This document shows positions 34,722-43,083 of a stretch of 64,000 nt of DNA, in pieces. This DNA is from an uncultured Bacteroidales bacterium (lineage in GTDB: Bacteria > Bacteroidota > Bacteroidia > Bacteroidales > P3). The stretch covers positions 3,782 to 67,781 of the forward strand of contig CAMHDJ010000007.1 in NCBI GenBank assembly GCA_946183915.1, written 5' to 3'. The position numbers were made by a program, and so were the translations under genes. A model generated the notes under the pieces. It was not told where the DNA came from and ran no database searches. It worked only from the letters and a program-made list of their open reading frames with translations. Position 1 is the stretch's first letter. The number at the start of each line of letters is the position of its first letter.

Positions 34722-37001
34722 ATGAAGCAAATACAGCGACAGCAACTGCAACAGAAACTCTCGCCTCAGCAGATCCAACTGATGCGACTGTTGCAGTTGC
34801 CCGTCACTGACCTCGAACAGGCCATCAAAGAGGAGGTGGAGAAAAACCCCCTGCTCGAGGCCGAAGCCACCGACACCGAACCCCTCCCCACCCCGGACAA
34901 CGACACCAGCGACTGGGACGCGCCGGACGACGACGGGTTCGACTACGACTATCGCGAGCACCTGGAGAGCGACCCCAACGTCGCACACCGCGAGTTCGTG
35001 GTCAGCGACACCCTCTCATTCACCGAACGGCTCCTCGGACAACTGGCCCTTCGCCAGCTCACAGAGCGCCAACAAGCCATCGCCACCGAGATCATCGGCA
35101 CCCTCGACGACGCCGGATACCTGGGGCGCGACCTGGCCCTCCTGGCCAACGACCTGGCCTTTCGCCAGGGCATCGAGGCCGACGAGCAGGAGATGGAGCA
35201 GGCCTTGCACATCGTGCAGAGCCTCGACCCTGCCGGCATCGGTGCCCGCAACCTGCAGGAGTGCCTTCTGCTGCAGCTGCAACGCGACGACCAACCCGCC
35301 GATCTTGACCACATCAACGCCACAGCAATCGTGCGCAACCACTTCGGCGACTTTGCCAGTCACCGCTACGAACGCATCTGCTCCGCCCTCAACATCGACG
35401 AAGAAGCCTTCGATCGCGCCAGCAACATCATCCGTCACCTCAACCCCAAGCCCGCCGGTTCGACCGACGTCGACAGCGACACCGCCGCCACAGTCATCCC
35501 CGACATCATCCTCACACAGCATGACGGGCAGCTTCAGTTCTACCTCAACGACAGCCATCTGCCCCGTCTGAGCCTCAACGAGTACTACACCGACATGCTG
35601 CACGAAATGGAAAACAGCAAGGGTGACAAGGCTACCATCCAGTTTCTGCGTACCAAGCAGGCCGATGCCCAGGGCTTCATCGACCTTCTGCGGCAGCGTC
35701 ACGACACCATCGTGCGCGTCATGCGCTACATCGTCAAGCACCAACGCCGCTTCCTCCTCAGCGGTGACCCCGACCAACTGCAGCCCCTGCGGCAGCGTGA
35801 AGTGGCCGAAGCCACCGGCCTCGACATCAGCACGGTCTCCCGCATGGCCAACAGCAAGTACCTTCAGACCGACTTCGGCACCATACCCCTCAAGGATTGC
35901 TTCTCCAAAGGCATGGCCACCGACAGCGGCGACGAGGTATCGGTCGAGACCATCAAGCAGCATCTGGCCGACATCATCGGGCGCGAAGACAAGCAGAACC
36001 CCCTCTCAGACGACGCCATCGCCAAGCTTTTCAACCAGCAAGGGCTGCCCCTGGCCCGCCGCACGGTGGCCAAATACCGCGAGCAACTGGGCATTCCTGT
36101 GGCCCGCCTGCGCCGCGTGCTGCTGCTTTTGCTGCTGGTCGCCTCCCCCCTCTGGAGCCAAGCCCAAGCCTCATACTACGACTCTATCATAGCCATCCGT
36201 CTCGAAGCCGGCGCCCGACAGCAGGCCCAACAGAAGCGTGCCACCGTCAAAGCCCAGGCTCTCGTCGAGGCTCCCAAGCCCGTCAAAGGGGGTGGCCGCA
36301 CAGCAAGCGCCGACCCAGCCCCCGCCCCGGCGGCCACCACGGCCGAGGCCTTCACGGTACCGCTCTGGTACGACGGCTTCCCACACCACCGCGTCAACCC
36401 CCTGGGGCGCACCCAACTCGACCAGTTGCCCGACGAGATCAACCTGCTGCTGGCACGCGACACGGCCGATTTCTGCTTTCCGGTGCACGGATCCAAGACC
36501 AGTCCCTACGGCTGGCGCTGGCATCGGGGCCACCACGGCGTCGACATCGCCCTGCGCACGGGCGACCCGGTGCACGCAGCTTTCAGCGGCACCGTGCGGG
36601 TGGCCACCCGCATGGGCGGCTACGGCAACTGCGTCGTCATACGCCATGCCAACGGCCTCGAGACCCTCTACGGACACCTCTCGAAGATCAACGTCGCCAC
36701 CAACCAGCCCGTCGAGGCGGGCGACGTCATAGGCCTCGGCGGTTCGACCGGCAACAGCACCGGCCCACACCTCCACTTCGAGTGCCGATTCCTCTACCAG
36801 ACCTTCGACCCCGAGTGGATTCTCGACTTCAACAGCCACTCGCTCCGCACCCGGCGGCTGCACCTCGACAAGAGCTACTTCGGCATCCGCCAGCCCCGCC
36901 AGGGCGAGAAGCTGGCCTACAAGGCCGACGAGAGCATCATACGCGAGAGCCGCAAACGCTCCAAAAAACAACCCACCACCCACACCCAAAAAGACTTCTG
37001 A
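34722..37001 (+). CDS. rpoN: RNA polymerase sigma-54 factor ORF that continues in frame into an M23 peptidase (RpoN homology ends near 36119)
   Basis: Gln/Leu-rich region I MKQIQRQQLQQKLSPQQIQLMRLLQLP and RpoN box ARRTVAKYREQLGIPVARLRR. There is no stop codon before 37001. Confidence 0.8.
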   Translation: MKQIQRQQLQQKLSPQQIQLMRLLQLPVTDLEQAIKEEVEKNPLLEAEATDTEPLPTPDNDTSDWDAPDDDGFDYDYREHLESDPNVAHREFVVSDTLSFTERLLGQLALRQLTERQQAIATEIIGTLDDAGYLGRDLALLANDLAFRQGIEADEQEMEQALHIVQSLDPAGIGARNLQECLLLQLQRDDQPADLDHINATAIVRNHFGDFASHRYERICSALNIDEEAFDRASNIIRHLNPKPAGSTDVDSDTAATVIPDIILTQHDGQLQFYLNDSHLPRLSLNEYYTDMLHEMENSKGDKATIQFLRTKQADAQGFIDLLRQRHDTIVRVMRYIVKHQRRFLLSGDPDQLQPLRQREVAEATGLDISTVSRMANSKYLQTDFGTIPLKDCFSKGMATDSGDEVSVETIKQHLADIIGREDKQNPLSDDAIAKLFNQQGLPLARRTVAKYREQLGIPVARLRRVLLLLLLVASPLWSQAQASYYDSIIAIRLEAGARQQAQQKRATVKAQALVEAPKPVKGGGRTASADPAPAPAATTAEAFTVPLWYDGFPHHRVNPLGRTQLDQLPDEINLLLARDTADFCFPVHGSKTSPYGWRWHRGHHGVDIALRTGDPVHAAFSGTVRVATRMGGYGNCVVIRHANGLETLYGHLSKINVATNQPVEAGDVIGLGGSTGNSTGPHLHFECRFLYQTFDPEWILDFNSHSLRTRRLHLDKSYFGIRQPRQGEKLAYKADESIIRESRKRSKKQPTTHTQKDF
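36099..37001 (+). CDS. M23/LytM-family metallopeptidase (candidate internal GTG start in the rpoN frame)
   Basis: A GTG at 36099 would give MARLRRVLLLLLLVASPLWSQAQA (a Sec signal). M23 motifs HRGHHGVDIA, GYGNCVVIRHANGLETLYGHLS and GSTGNSTGPHLHFE. The start is uncertain. Confidence 0.55.
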   Translation: MARLRRVLLLLLLVASPLWSQAQASYYDSIIAIRLEAGARQQAQQKRATVKAQALVEAPKPVKGGGRTASADPAPAPAATTAEAFTVPLWYDGFPHHRVNPLGRTQLDQLPDEINLLLARDTADFCFPVHGSKTSPYGWRWHRGHHGVDIALRTGDPVHAAFSGTVRVATRMGGYGNCVVIRHANGLETLYGHLSKINVATNQPVEAGDVIGLGGSTGNSTGPHLHFECRFLYQTFDPEWILDFNSHSLRTRRLHLDKSYFGIRQPRQGEKLAYKADESIIRESRKRSKKQPTTHTQKDF

Positions 37002-37004
37002 CCC

Positions 37005-37487
37005 ATGAAAAAGACCAACCTCTCCGACTACGACCCCGCGGCAGTGCCCGACGGAAGCCCCTATACCATCGGCGTCATCGCGGCCGAATGGAACCCCCAG
37101 ATCACCGACGCCCTGCTTGCCGGCGCCGTCGACACCCTGCGCCAGCACGGCGTCCGCGAGGAGAACCTCCTCGTGCGCCGCGTGCCCGGCACCTTCGAGC
37201 TCAGCTCGGCGGCCGACATGATGATCCATTTCAGCCAGGTCGACGCCGTGATCTGCATCGGTTGCGTCATCCAGGGCGAGACACGCCACTTCGAGTTCAT
37301 CTGCCAAGCCGTGGCTCAGGGCATCACCAACGTGGCCCTCAAGCACGAACGGCCCGTCATCTTCAGCGTGCTCACCTGCGACACCATGGAGCAAGCCCTC
37401 GACCGCGCCGGCGGCCGCCACGGCAACAAAGGCGTCGAAGGCGCCGTCACCGCCCTCAAGATGCTCGCCTACCGCGCCTCGGTCTGA
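37005..37487 (+). CDS. ribH: 6,7-dimethyl-8-ribityllumazine synthase
   Basis: A 160-aa product with IGVIAAEWNPQIT, RVPGTFEL and the GCVIQGETRHFEFI motif. Confidence 0.9.
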   Translation: MKKTNLSDYDPAAVPDGSPYTIGVIAAEWNPQITDALLAGAVDTLRQHGVREENLLVRRVPGTFELSSAADMMIHFSQVDAVICIGCVIQGETRHFEFICQAVAQGITNVALKHERPVIFSVLTCDTMEQALDRAGGRHGNKGVEGAVTALKMLAYRASV

Positions 37488-37517
37488 CCCACACACAAGC
37501 CATCATCTACTAATCTA

Positions 37518-38453
37518 ATGAAGACAATCTTCTTCGGCACGCCCGATTTTGCCGTCGAGAGCCTCGACGCCATCCTGCATTCGACCCACGAGGTCTGCGC
37601 CGTGGTCACCGTGCCCGACCGGCCAGCCGGCCGCGGGCAGAAGGTGATCTACAGCGCCGTGAAGCAGTACGCCCTCGACCACAGCCTGCCCCTGCTGCAA
37701 CCCGAGCGGCTGCGCGACGAGGCCTTCCTCGCCGCCCTGCGCGCCTACGGGGCCGACTGCTTCGTCGTGGTGGCCTTCCGCATGCTGCCCGAGGTGGTGT
37801 GGGCCATGCCGCCCCGCGGCACCTTCAACCTGCACGCCTCGCTCCTGCCCCGCTACAGAGGCGCAGCCCCCATCAACTGGGCCATCATGCGCGGCGAGCG
37901 CGAGACCGGCGTCACCACCTTCCTGCTCAACCACCGCATCGACGAAGGCTCGATCCTGCTGCAGCGCTCCACCCCCATCGCCCCCGACGACACCGCCGGC
38001 ACGCTGCACGACCGGCTGGCCTCCATGGGGCGCTCGCTCGTCGTCGACACCCTCGACGGCCTGGCCGACGGCAGCCTCACCCCCCGCCCCCAGCAGGGCG
38101 ACCCCTGCCCGGCCCCCAAGATCTTCAAGGACGACTGCCGCATCGACTTCGACCGTCCCGGCGAGGAGGTGGTCGACTTCGTGCGCGGCCTGGCGCCCTA
38201 CCCCGCCGCCGTCATGACCCTCCGCTCGCCCAAGGGCGAAAGCATCCCCTTCAAAGTCTTCGACGTGCGCTTCCACAGCGCCCCGACAGGCAGCGAAAAG
38301 AGGCTCCAAACCGACGGAAAAAAAGTGCTAAAAGTCGTTGTGGCAAACGGTTTCGTGGAAATTTTGAGCCTACAAATGGCCGGAAAAAAGAAAAACAACA
38401 TCGAAGAATTCCTGCGCGGAAATCAGTTAACAGGTTGGGAATTAGATATTTGA
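37518..38453 (+). CDS. fmt: Methionyl-tRNA formyltransferase
   Basis: IFFGTPDFAV, NLHASLLPRYRGAAPINWAI and a C-terminal formyltransferase domain. Confidence 0.9.
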   Translation: MKTIFFGTPDFAVESLDAILHSTHEVCAVVTVPDRPAGRGQKVIYSAVKQYALDHSLPLLQPERLRDEAFLAALRAYGADCFVVVAFRMLPEVVWAMPPRGTFNLHASLLPRYRGAAPINWAIMRGERETGVTTFLLNHRIDEGSILLQRSTPIAPDDTAGTLHDRLASMGRSLVVDTLDGLADGSLTPRPQQGDPCPAPKIFKDDCRIDFDRPGEEVVDFVRGLAPYPAAVMTLRSPKGESIPFKVFDVRFHSAPTGSEKRLQTDGKKVLKVVVANGFVEILSLQMAGKKKNNIEEFLRGNQLTGWELDI

Positions 38454-38494
38454 TTTTAGAGCGAGAAAAATTTTGAAAAAATTTGAAAAAAAAA

Positions 38495-38527
38495 TTTGCT
38501 CCATTTGAAAAAGTTTTCATACATTTG
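38495..38527 (+). promoter_or_regulatory. Candidate promoter (-33 TTTG, 21 nt, -7 TACATTTG) for hup
   Basis: TTTG at 38495-38498 and TACATTTG at 38520-38527, within an AT-rich TTTGAAAAA-repeat region. Confidence 0.5.
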
Positions 38528-38575
38528 CATCGTGAAATTAAGTAAGTAATTTTAAACCTTTTAAACATAATCATT

Positions 38576-38860
38576 ATGAACAAAACCGAACTTGTTAACG
38601 CCATGGCCGCCAAGGCCGGCATGACCAAAGTAGCCGCCAAAGAGGCTGTGAACGCCTGCTTCGCCACCATCGCCGAGCAGCTGAACAAAGGTGAGAAGGT
38701 GACCCTGATTGGTTTCGGCACCTTCAACGTTGTGGAGCGCAAAGCCCGCACCGCCAAGAACCCGCAGACCGGCAAGGCCGTCAAGGTTCCCGCCAAGAAA
38801 GTTGCCAAATTCAAAGCCGGCAGCAACCTCATCTCCCAGAAAAAGACCAAAAAGAAATAA
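38576..38860 (+). CDS. hup: HU-family DNA-binding protein
   Basis: MNKTELVNAMA...GFGTF...RTAKNPQTGKAVKVPAKKVAKFKAG. Confidence 0.9.
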   Translation: MNKTELVNAMAAKAGMTKVAAKEAVNACFATIAEQLNKGEKVTLIGFGTFNVVERKARTAKNPQTGKAVKVPAKKVAKFKAGSNLISQKKTKKK

Positions 38861-38882
38861 GGTCGCTCTGGTCACAGACATG

Positions 38883-38918
38883 AAGACGGATCCCCCGAGG
38901 ATCCGTCTTTTTTTGCAC
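38883..38918 (+). terminator. Rho-independent terminator of hup
   Basis: GACGGATCC, loop, GGATCCGTC followed by TTTTTTTG. Confidence 0.8.
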
Positions 38919-38937
38919 CCCCTCCCACCCCCTGATT

Positions 38938-39297
38938 CCCTGCCTGCTACCTGATGGCTCCCTGATGACTCCCTGATGACTCTCTTAAAACCAGCGTGAA
39001 ATCCTTGCCCTGTCAGCGTTTTGCAAGTTTTCCAGCATGGTTGACACACTTCCGGAAGGCTAGACATCTCGTTCTGAATGTTTTAAAGGTGTAAATTAGA
39101 TCGTGCACGATCTAATTTTTTGACTTAAATTAACTTAAATCGGCTGTTTTGGGCTGCGTTTTCGGATCGCAGCATCGGCGCCCTGCGCCGACGGCACCGC
39201 GGAGGGTGCCGTTCTCCGCTTCGCTATCGGAAGCCTCCACTGGAGGCTCCCTTCACGCGCACGATCTAATTTTTTGACTTTAATTAACTTAAATTGG
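38938..39297 (+). repeat. Dispersed repeat family, copy B (core, 115-bp GC-rich module, duplicated half palindrome and AT-rich tail)
   Basis: The core 38938-39140 is collinear with copy A, with the palindrome at 39093-39118. 39141-39255 is a GC-rich module shared with copy C. 39256-39297 repeats cgcgcacgatctaattttttgactttaattaacttaaatt. Confidence 0.85.
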
Positions 39298-39441
39298 CTA
39301 TTTTTGCATTCGCACATCATATTTTAGGCCTTTCGACGTTATTAGTTTCAGACTACGGTGAAAAAGTTTTTTTGCCGTCGAGTGTAAGATTTACCCCCCT
39401 CGATGCGACAATATAGTATAGGAACAATAAAACCAAACAAG

Positions 39442-39945
39442 ATGAAACAGAAACTTCACCTGCTGGCCATGCTCTTCGTGGCCTCGACCATGACCCTGGG
39501 CCTGGTGGCCTGTCAAGACGACGAACCCGAGCAGCCCGCAGTGCGCAACCTGGCGGGCACCACCTGGGAAAACCAGACCGAACACACCCACTACCAGGAG
39601 GTTCAACCGGGCTACGCCATCGAGATGAACGTCAGCCTGAACGCCGTCCTCGACATCCTGGACGGCGAGAACGCCGACCTCTTCATGGACATTGCCGTCG
39701 AGGTGCCCGCCGTTCCGGCAGCCAACCAGAACGTCACGCAGGACGACACCTGCGCCTACACCTTCGACGGCACCACGCTGGTGCTCCACAACCAGGAGGA
39801 CGAGGGCTTCAACGGCGGAAACGACACGCTGACCTACCACGCCGATGCCAACACCTTCACCCTGCACATCTACAATCCCGATGCGAAAGAGATGCTGGGC
39901 GTCAGCGAGTTGACATTCCACCAAACCCGGGGAGGTCAGCAATGA
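39442..39945 (+). CDS. Small lipoprotein (167 aa), candidate cognate inhibitor or partner of the downstream C10 protease
   Basis: Lipobox LGLVAC in MKQKLHLLAMLFVASTMTLGLVACQDDE. Its stop overlaps the protease ATG (ATGA at 39942-39945). The functional call is by analogy only. Confidence 0.6.
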   Translation: MKQKLHLLAMLFVASTMTLGLVACQDDEPEQPAVRNLAGTTWENQTEHTHYQEVQPGYAIEMNVSLNAVLDILDGENADLFMDIAVEVPAVPAANQNVTQDDTCAYTFDGTTLVLHNQEDEGFNGGNDTLTYHADANTFTLHIYNPDAKEMLGVSELTFHQTRGGQQ

Positions 39946-41921
39946 AGCGGCTGGCATTGGCGGCAGCGCTGCTGCTGAGCCTGGGAGCCACGGCGGCGCC
40001 GGTATCGGCCGGACGCGCGGCGGCGGCAGCGGCAGCCTTCTGGCAGGCCGTAGGGCCGCAGGGGCCCCGCGCCGCGACCCTCGACGCGCAGCCCACCCCC
40101 TGGGCCTACGACGGCATCTACCTCTTCCGCTCTGAGGCGGGCGGCTGGGTGATGGTGGCGGCCGACGATGCGGCCTACCCCATCCTGGGCTACGCCACCA
40201 CGGGCACCCTCGACCCCGCACGCCTGCCGGTGCAGCTGGAGGAATGGCTCACGGGCTACCAGCAGCAGATCGACTGGCTGCGCGACAACGACGGCCAGCC
40301 CTACGCCGAGACGGTGGACCTCTGGGCCGAGCTCGACCGGGGCAGCGTGCCGCCGGCACCCAAGAGCGGCAGCGTCGCGCCGCTGCTCACCACCCGCTGG
40401 GACCAGACGGCCCCCTACAACGAGCAGTGCCCGCCGGCGACCGTCACCGGCTGCGCCGCCACGGCCCAGGCCCAGATGATGAAATACTGGAACCATCCCG
40501 CCATCGGCACCGGTAGCCACCGCTACCTGCACCCACGCTACGGCGAGCTGATCGCCGACTTCGGCCACACGCCCTACGCCTGGTCGCTGATGCCGGACGA
40601 GCCCACCCTGGCCTCGCCCGCCGCCGAGCGCGCCGCCGTGGCACAGTTGATGTACCACGTGGGCGTGAGCCTCGAGATGATGTACGGCACCGCTGCCGAC
40701 GGGGGCAGTTCGGCCATCGGCCTGGTCGGCATGCCGGGCTACGCCAGCATCGACAACTCGCTGCAGGACTACTTCGGCTACAGCCGCGAGATGTATTCCA
40801 TCTTCCGCGACAACGGCTACACCGACGACCTGTGGCGCGCAGCGCTGATCGACGAGCTCGACCAGCGGCACCCCGTGATCTACGCCGGCGCCGCCGAGCA
40901 GGGCGGCCACGGCTTCGTGTGCGACGGCTACGACGAGCGCGAGTACCTCCACTTCAACTTCGGCTGGAGCGGCATCGGCGACGGCTACTACCGCGTGGAC
41001 TCCATCAGTCCAGGTGTGGGCGGAGCCGGCGGCAACGTGACCTACACCTTCAACCTGCAGAACTCGGCCCTCATCGGCGCCGTGCCGGTCTACCGCATGA
41101 TGGTCAGCGACACCGTCTTTTCTTTCGGGCGCGATGGAGGTGTCGACTCGGTGCTCTTCGCCCCCAACGCAGCCATCAACAGCATGTGGGAGGTCAGCAG
41201 CACAGCCGACTGGCTCAGCGTGGAGTCGTCCCAACCGGGCAGTGGCATGTGGGTGCACATCGTCACCTCGCCCAACACGAGCGGAGCTGGACGGGTAGCC
41301 TGGCTGAACTTCGTGCAAGGCACGGATACACTGAAGGTCAAGGTGGCCCAGACAGCCTACAGCGAAGAGGAGATGTGTCCCGTGAAGGTGGTCATGGAAT
41401 CGACCCACGGCAGCGGCTGGCAGGGCGGCGCCTACCTCAGCCTCGAGTCGCTTGACGGCTTCGTCTTCGGCACCGCCACCCTCGAGAGCGGCTCCGAAGG
41501 GGTGGTCTCCATCCCGGTGGCTCCGCACGACGTGCGCGCGGTGTGGCATCGCGGCGGCGGCACCGACCGCTACATCAACTACCTGGTGCGCAACCAGTAC
41601 AACGAGACGCTGGTCGAGGTGAACTACGCCTACCAGAACGGCGGCACCCACTTCATCGAGTGGCCTTGCTCACATGTGGGCATCGAGACGCCCAGCACGA
41701 GCCGCGCCCCGAAGATCGAAGTGTACCCCAACCCCGCGGGTGACCAGCTGCACGTCCGCGCCGACGGCCTGACGCTTGTCGAGTTGCTTGATGTCAGCGG
41801 ACGTCGGGTGCTCAGCACCGACCGCGCCGACATCGACCTGCGTACCCTCCCGGCCGGTCCCTACTTCGTGCGCCTCACCACAGAAGGCACCACCACCGTC
41901 AAACGTATCGTCAAACGGTAG
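39942..41921 (+). CDS. C10-family cysteine protease (streptopain/interpain-like) with propeptide and T9SS type-A CTD
   Basis: Catalytic Cys context TGCAATAQAQMMKYWNHP and His context GGHGFVCDGYD...HFNFGWSGIGDGYY. The C-terminus is IEVYPNPAGDQLHV...GPYFVRLTT...KRIVKR. Confidence 0.9.
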   Translation: MKRLALAAALLLSLGATAAPVSAGRAAAAAAAFWQAVGPQGPRAATLDAQPTPWAYDGIYLFRSEAGGWVMVAADDAAYPILGYATTGTLDPARLPVQLEEWLTGYQQQIDWLRDNDGQPYAETVDLWAELDRGSVPPAPKSGSVAPLLTTRWDQTAPYNEQCPPATVTGCAATAQAQMMKYWNHPAIGTGSHRYLHPRYGELIADFGHTPYAWSLMPDEPTLASPAAERAAVAQLMYHVGVSLEMMYGTAADGGSSAIGLVGMPGYASIDNSLQDYFGYSREMYSIFRDNGYTDDLWRAALIDELDQRHPVIYAGAAEQGGHGFVCDGYDEREYLHFNFGWSGIGDGYYRVDSISPGVGGAGGNVTYTFNLQNSALIGAVPVYRMMVSDTVFSFGRDGGVDSVLFAPNAAINSMWEVSSTADWLSVESSQPGSGMWVHIVTSPNTSGAGRVAWLNFVQGTDTLKVKVAQTAYSEEEMCPVKVVMESTHGSGWQGGAYLSLESLDGFVFGTATLESGSEGVVSIPVAPHDVRAVWHRGGGTDRYINYLVRNQYNETLVEVNYAYQNGGTHFIEWPCSHVGIETPSTSRAPKIEVYPNPAGDQLHVRADGLTLVELLDVSGRRVLSTDRADIDLRTLPAGPYFVRLTTEGTTTVKRIVKR

Positions 41922-41958
41922 CTTCTCCAACCAGAGAAGATCTCTATGGATAACCCCT

Positions 41959-41990
41959 AACGGCGGGCTAATGCCCGCCGTTTTCCTTTG
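41959..41990 (+). terminator. Rho-independent terminator after the C10 protease
   Basis: AACGGCGGGC, loop taat, GCCCGCCGTT followed by TTCCTTTG. Confidence 0.7.
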
Positions 41991-42052
41991 CATCCTGGCG
42001 CTCCTTTTAACTACCTTTAACAAAATAACGTTATCATTTCTAAAAAAGTTCG

Positions 42053-42060
42053 TATCTTTG
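42053..42060 (+). promoter_or_regulatory. -7 box TATCTTTG upstream of gpsA
   Basis: It matches TAnnTTTG, 61 nt before the ATG at 42121. Confidence 0.45.
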
Positions 42061-42120
42061 CAGTGTCAATTGTCAGGAGACACACAGCCTTCCGACCATT
42101 GGTAACGAAACAGTATCAGA

Positions 42121-43083
42121 ATGATAGGAATAATTGGCAGCGGCAGTTGGGCCACTGCGATTGTTAAAATATTACTCGAAAAACCGCAACGTACCCTCCA
42201 CTGGTGGGTTCGACAGCCTTCGGTGAGCGATAGTTTGCACACTACCGGACGCAATCCCCTGCATCTTTCCTCTACCACCCTCGACCGACATCGCATCCAC
42301 GTCAGTTGCGACCTTGCCGCTGTGGTGGCCGCTTCCGACACACTGGTGCTCGCCGTGCCTTCGGTCTATGTGGCCCAAGTGCTGGACACCCTCCCCAAGG
42401 GTGCCCTTCAAGGCAAGCGCATCGTCTCGGCGGTCAAGGGGTACATCCCTGATTGCCAACTGAGTGTCACCGAATACCTACACACCGTGCACGGCCTTCC
42501 TGCGGATGCCCTTTGCGTTGTCAGCGGTCCAAGCCACGCCGAAGAGGTTGCTATGGAGCAACCAACCTTCCTCACCGTCGCCTCGAGCAACCAGATCCTG
42601 GCTACCGAGGTGGCCGAACTCCTGCGGTGCCGCTACATCCACACCCTGGTGAGCGACGAGGTGCACACCATCGAACTCTGCGGTCTCACCAAGAACGTCT
42701 ACGCCATCGCTGCCGGATTGGCCGCCGGATTGGGCTACGGCGACAACTTGATAGCGGTGTTAACCACTGCTGCCGCCCACGAATTGCAGGACATCTTTCC
42801 CGAGACCCGGCTCTCCTTCCGTCTGCTCAGCGACCTGATTGTCACCTGCTTCTCACGCCATAGCCGCAATCGGGCCCTCGGCGAAGCCGTGGCTCACGGC
42901 ACCCTCCCCGACGATCACTTCCGCCACACCGGTATGGTGGCCGAAGGATACTATTCGGCTAAGGTCATGCACCTGATGGAAAAACACCACGCCACCCCGA
43001 TCGCCGAGGCCGTATATCAGGTGCTCTACTGCGGTGCAGACCCCAAGCAGACGGTTGATCAACTGATAGATAGCATTAACTGA
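42121..43083 (+). CDS. gpsA: NAD(P)H-dependent glycerol-3-phosphate dehydrogenase
   Basis: IGSGSWATAI N-terminal Rossmann motif, SGPSHAEEV and GLTKNVYAIAAG. Confidence 0.9.
   Translation: MIGIIGSGSWATAIVKILLEKPQRTLHWWVRQPSVSDSLHTTGRNPLHLSSTTLDRHRIHVSCDLAAVVAASDTLVLAVPSVYVAQVLDTLPKGALQGKRIVSAVKGYIPDCQLSVTEYLHTVHGLPADALCVVSGPSHAEEVAMEQPTFLTVASSNQILATEVAELLRCRYIHTLVSDEVHTIELCGLTKNVYAIAAGLAAGLGYGDNLIAVLTTAAAHELQDIFPETRLSFRLLSDLIVTCFSRHSRNRALGEAVAHGTLPDDHFRHTGMVAEGYYSAKVMHLMEKHHATPIAEAVYQVLYCGADPKQTVDQLIDSIN

Noticed and set aside
36095-36140. Possibility that the rpoN-M23 read-through is just a single-base error
   Set aside because: This is not rejected as a possibility, but it cannot be decided from the sequence alone. 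It is kept as a finding with the explicit check of read-level verification.
38561-39067. ORFs inside the dispersed repeat: the 168-aa ORF MSSLPEVCQPCWKTCKTLTGQGFHAGFKRVIRESSGSHQ..., the related start of the 29571..32213 ORF, and 39135..39320, 56895..57176, 56962..57186 and 32298..32522
   Set aside because: Peptide similarity between copies is explained by DNA repeat identity. The copies have different frames and ends, and the ORFs overlap hup or run antisense to real genes.
39391-40221. 276-aa minus-strand ORF covering the lipoprotein gene and the C10 start
   Set aside because: It is Arg/Pro/Gly-rich antisense translation. The plus-strand genes have a lipobox and protease motifs.
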